From an uncultured bacterium (lineage in GTDB: Bacteria > CAYUVA01): DNA of 64,000 nt. The position numbers and the translations under genes were made by a program. The DNA is taken from contig CAYUVA010000003.1 in assembly GCA_964448115.1 (NCBI GenBank), forward strand, positions 62,001 through 126,000. Reading direction: 5' to 3'. This document shows, piece by piece, positions 62,322 to 64,000 of this stretch (position 1 is its first letter; each line of letters opens with the position of its first letter). The notes under the pieces were generated by a model. That model did not search any database. It was not told where the DNA came from and saw only the letters and a list, made by a program, of their open reading frames with translations.

Positions 62322-63344
62322 TCAAGCTTTTGTATCTTCTAGCATAGTTTTTTTGTATTCCTCGAGCTTTTTTAGGGTTTCCTTCTCTAAATTCATTCCA
62401 AGCTCCAAGCCCATTTTATCGAGGATTGCTTTTATCTCTTTGAGCGATTTTTTTCCAAAGTTCTTGGTTTCCAGCATCTCTGCATCAGTTTTCTGCACCA
62501 GGTCTCCGATAGTCAGGATACCTGCCTTTATCAGGCAGTTTTGAGCTCTTACCGAGAGTTCAAGCTCTTCAACGCTCTTGAATAGCTTATTATCAACGGC
62601 TTGTTCATTGTCTGTATAGGTCAGCACATCCTCTTCATCGAACTTTGCGCCGCTTAAGAAAATGTTGAAGTGATCAGCAAGGATCTTTGCCGAGTAGATG
62701 ATCGCCTCATCAGGCTTTATGGTCCCATCAGTTTTAACCTCAAGGTTCAGCCTTTCATACTCGGTAGATTTTCCGACCCTTGTATTTTCTATTGTAAAGT
62801 TGACCTTTCTTACTGGCGAGTAAACCGCGTCAATTGGGATGGTTCCAACCGTTAGGTCATCGCTATCCTGTTGTTCAGCAGGGACTAATCCTCTGCCGAC
62901 CTGGGCTTTCATTACCGCATTAAGTTTACCGCCCGGTTCTATGGTCGCCAGGTGGTGATCTTTATTTATGATTTCCACTTCGCTATCTGCTTTTATATCG
63001 CCTGCTGTAACCTGACCTGGTTTATCGATGTTCAGGGTCAAGAACTTTGGTTGGCTAGACTTGATCTTGAGCAATACTCCCTTAAGATTCAAAATAAAGT
63101 CTGTAACATCCTCGACTATATTCGGCATGGGAGAGAACTCGTGTAATACTCCCTCGATCTGAACAGAAGTAATAGCGGTACCCTGGAGCGATGAGAGCAT
63201 AACTCTTCTTAGGGCATTGCCAATGGTAATCCCGAATCCTCTCTCGAACGGCTCAGCCCAAAATTCCCCGTAGGAATCAGTTAAGGTTGCCTCGTTGCAT
63301 TGCAGTCTATTCGGTTTTTGCAGTCCCTTCCAATGCAAATACAT
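62322..63344 (-). CDS. rpoA: RNA polymerase alpha subunit
   Basis: EPFERGFGITIGNALRR, GVLHEFS, LELSVRAQNCL, NFGKKSL. Confidence 0.98.
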   Translation of the reverse strand: MYLHWKGLQKPNRLQCNEATLTDSYGEFWAEPFERGFGITIGNALRRVMLSSLQGTAITSVQIEGVLHEFSPMPNIVEDVTDFILNLKGVLLKIKSSQPKFLTLNIDKPGQVTAGDIKADSEVEIINKDHHLATIEPGGKLNAVMKAQVGRGLVPAEQQDSDDLTVGTIPIDAVYSPVRKVNFTIENTRVGKSTEYERLNLEVKTDGTIKPDEAIIYSAKILADHFNIFLSGAKFDEEDVLTYTDNEQAVDNKLFKSVEELELSVRAQNCLIKAGILTIGDLVQKTDAEMLETKNFGKKSLKEIKAILDKMGLELGMNLEKETLKKLEEYKKTMLEDTKA

Positions 63345-63441
63345 AAGCGCATTACCTCCTGGAGTTATCCTTAATCATTAACTGTTTTTTCATACTTTTG
63401 CTAATATGACGGATGATTACATCCGGTACACTCATTTCCGA

Positions 63442-64000
63442 TTACTTAGAGTATAGCTCTACGATAAGCTGCTCCTTGAAATCGACTGGTATATCCTCTC
63501 TTGTCGGTATTGTAACCAGTGAGCCAGACATTTTCTCTATATCCAAAGATAGCCAAGAGGGTCGCTCCAGATGCTTTGCCGTTTCTAATGCTTCTTTTAT
63601 TATAGTTAGATTCTGGCTCTTAGGACGAACCGAGATTGTTTCCCCGATCTTCACCAGGTATGATGGAATATCTACTTTCTTACCATTTATCAAGAAATGA
63701 CCGTGTTTGACTAGTTGTCGCGCTTGCCTTCGTGATGCAGCGAATCCTAGACGATAGACCATGTTATCAAGCCGTCTTTCCAGCAATACTAGCAAGTTGT
63801 ATCCGCTCATCCCTTTCATCCGCGCTGCCTTGGAGAATGTTATCTTGAACTGTCGTTCCATCATTCCATAGGTTTTGCGCATCTTTTGCTTTTCTCTAAG
63901 CTGCATTCCATAATCAGACATCTTCGGTCTTCTTTGTCCATGCTGTCCAGGAGCGAAGCTTCGGCGCTTGAAGGAACATTTATCCCCCATGCATCTATTG
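63442..64000 (-). CDS. rpsD: 30S ribosomal protein S4, 5' end outside the window
   Basis: PGQHG, YGMQLREKQK, LERRLDN.VYRLG, ARQLV.HGH, VELYSK. The frame stays open past 64000 (…NRCMGDKC). Confidence 0.97.
   Translation of the reverse strand, partial: NRCMGDKCSFKRRSFAPGQHGQRRPKMSDYGMQLREKQKMRKTYGMMERQFKITFSKAARMKGMSGYNLLVLLERRLDNMVYRLGFAASRRQARQLVKHGHFLINGKKVDIPSYLVKIGETISVRPKSQNLTIIKEALETAKHLERPSWLSLDIEKMSGSLVTIPTREDIPVDFKEQLIVELYSK

Overview
Chromosomal window (10-N assembly gap at 4068-4077) from an apparently uncultured, Gram-negative-type, probably anaerobic bacterium. Housekeeping content: tRNA-Glu and tRNA-Lys, gcvT-H-PA-PB, gmhA, class I aldolase, mgtE, ahbC, a glcD/glcF-like pair, metK-ahcY, rpoD, mglA, and rpsD-rpoA-rplQ. 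The rest is mostly cell-envelope genes: GT2 and GT-C glycosyltransferases, methyltransferases, three alkaline-phosphatase-superfamily enzymes and several beta-barrel proteins. No CRISPR array, transposase or prophage was seen. The strongest unexplained signal is a ~100-110 aa C-terminal domain shared by three dispersed, signal-peptide-bearing proteins (233, 803 and 2232 aa). It follows a Pro/Thr linker and has the consensus PxIxx[AG]GYMxTx6GG...G[VI]xL...Y[GS]F...Sxx[WF]PxLxV-stop. It looks like a lineage-specific export or surface-sorting signal. The 2232 aa member heads an overlapping gene run with a phosphodiesterase and a TraF/PorV/FadL-like barrel. The 803 aa member lies directly behind a lipoprotein multiheme cytochrome with 18 CxxCH, 5 CX4CH and 3 unusual CX6CH motifs. 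Also notable are a DUF4266/DUF3570-like pair with a CxxC variant and short GCAAAG/AGGCTTG intergenic repeat elements next to glycosyltransferase genes. All family calls are by motif recognition only; no searches were run.
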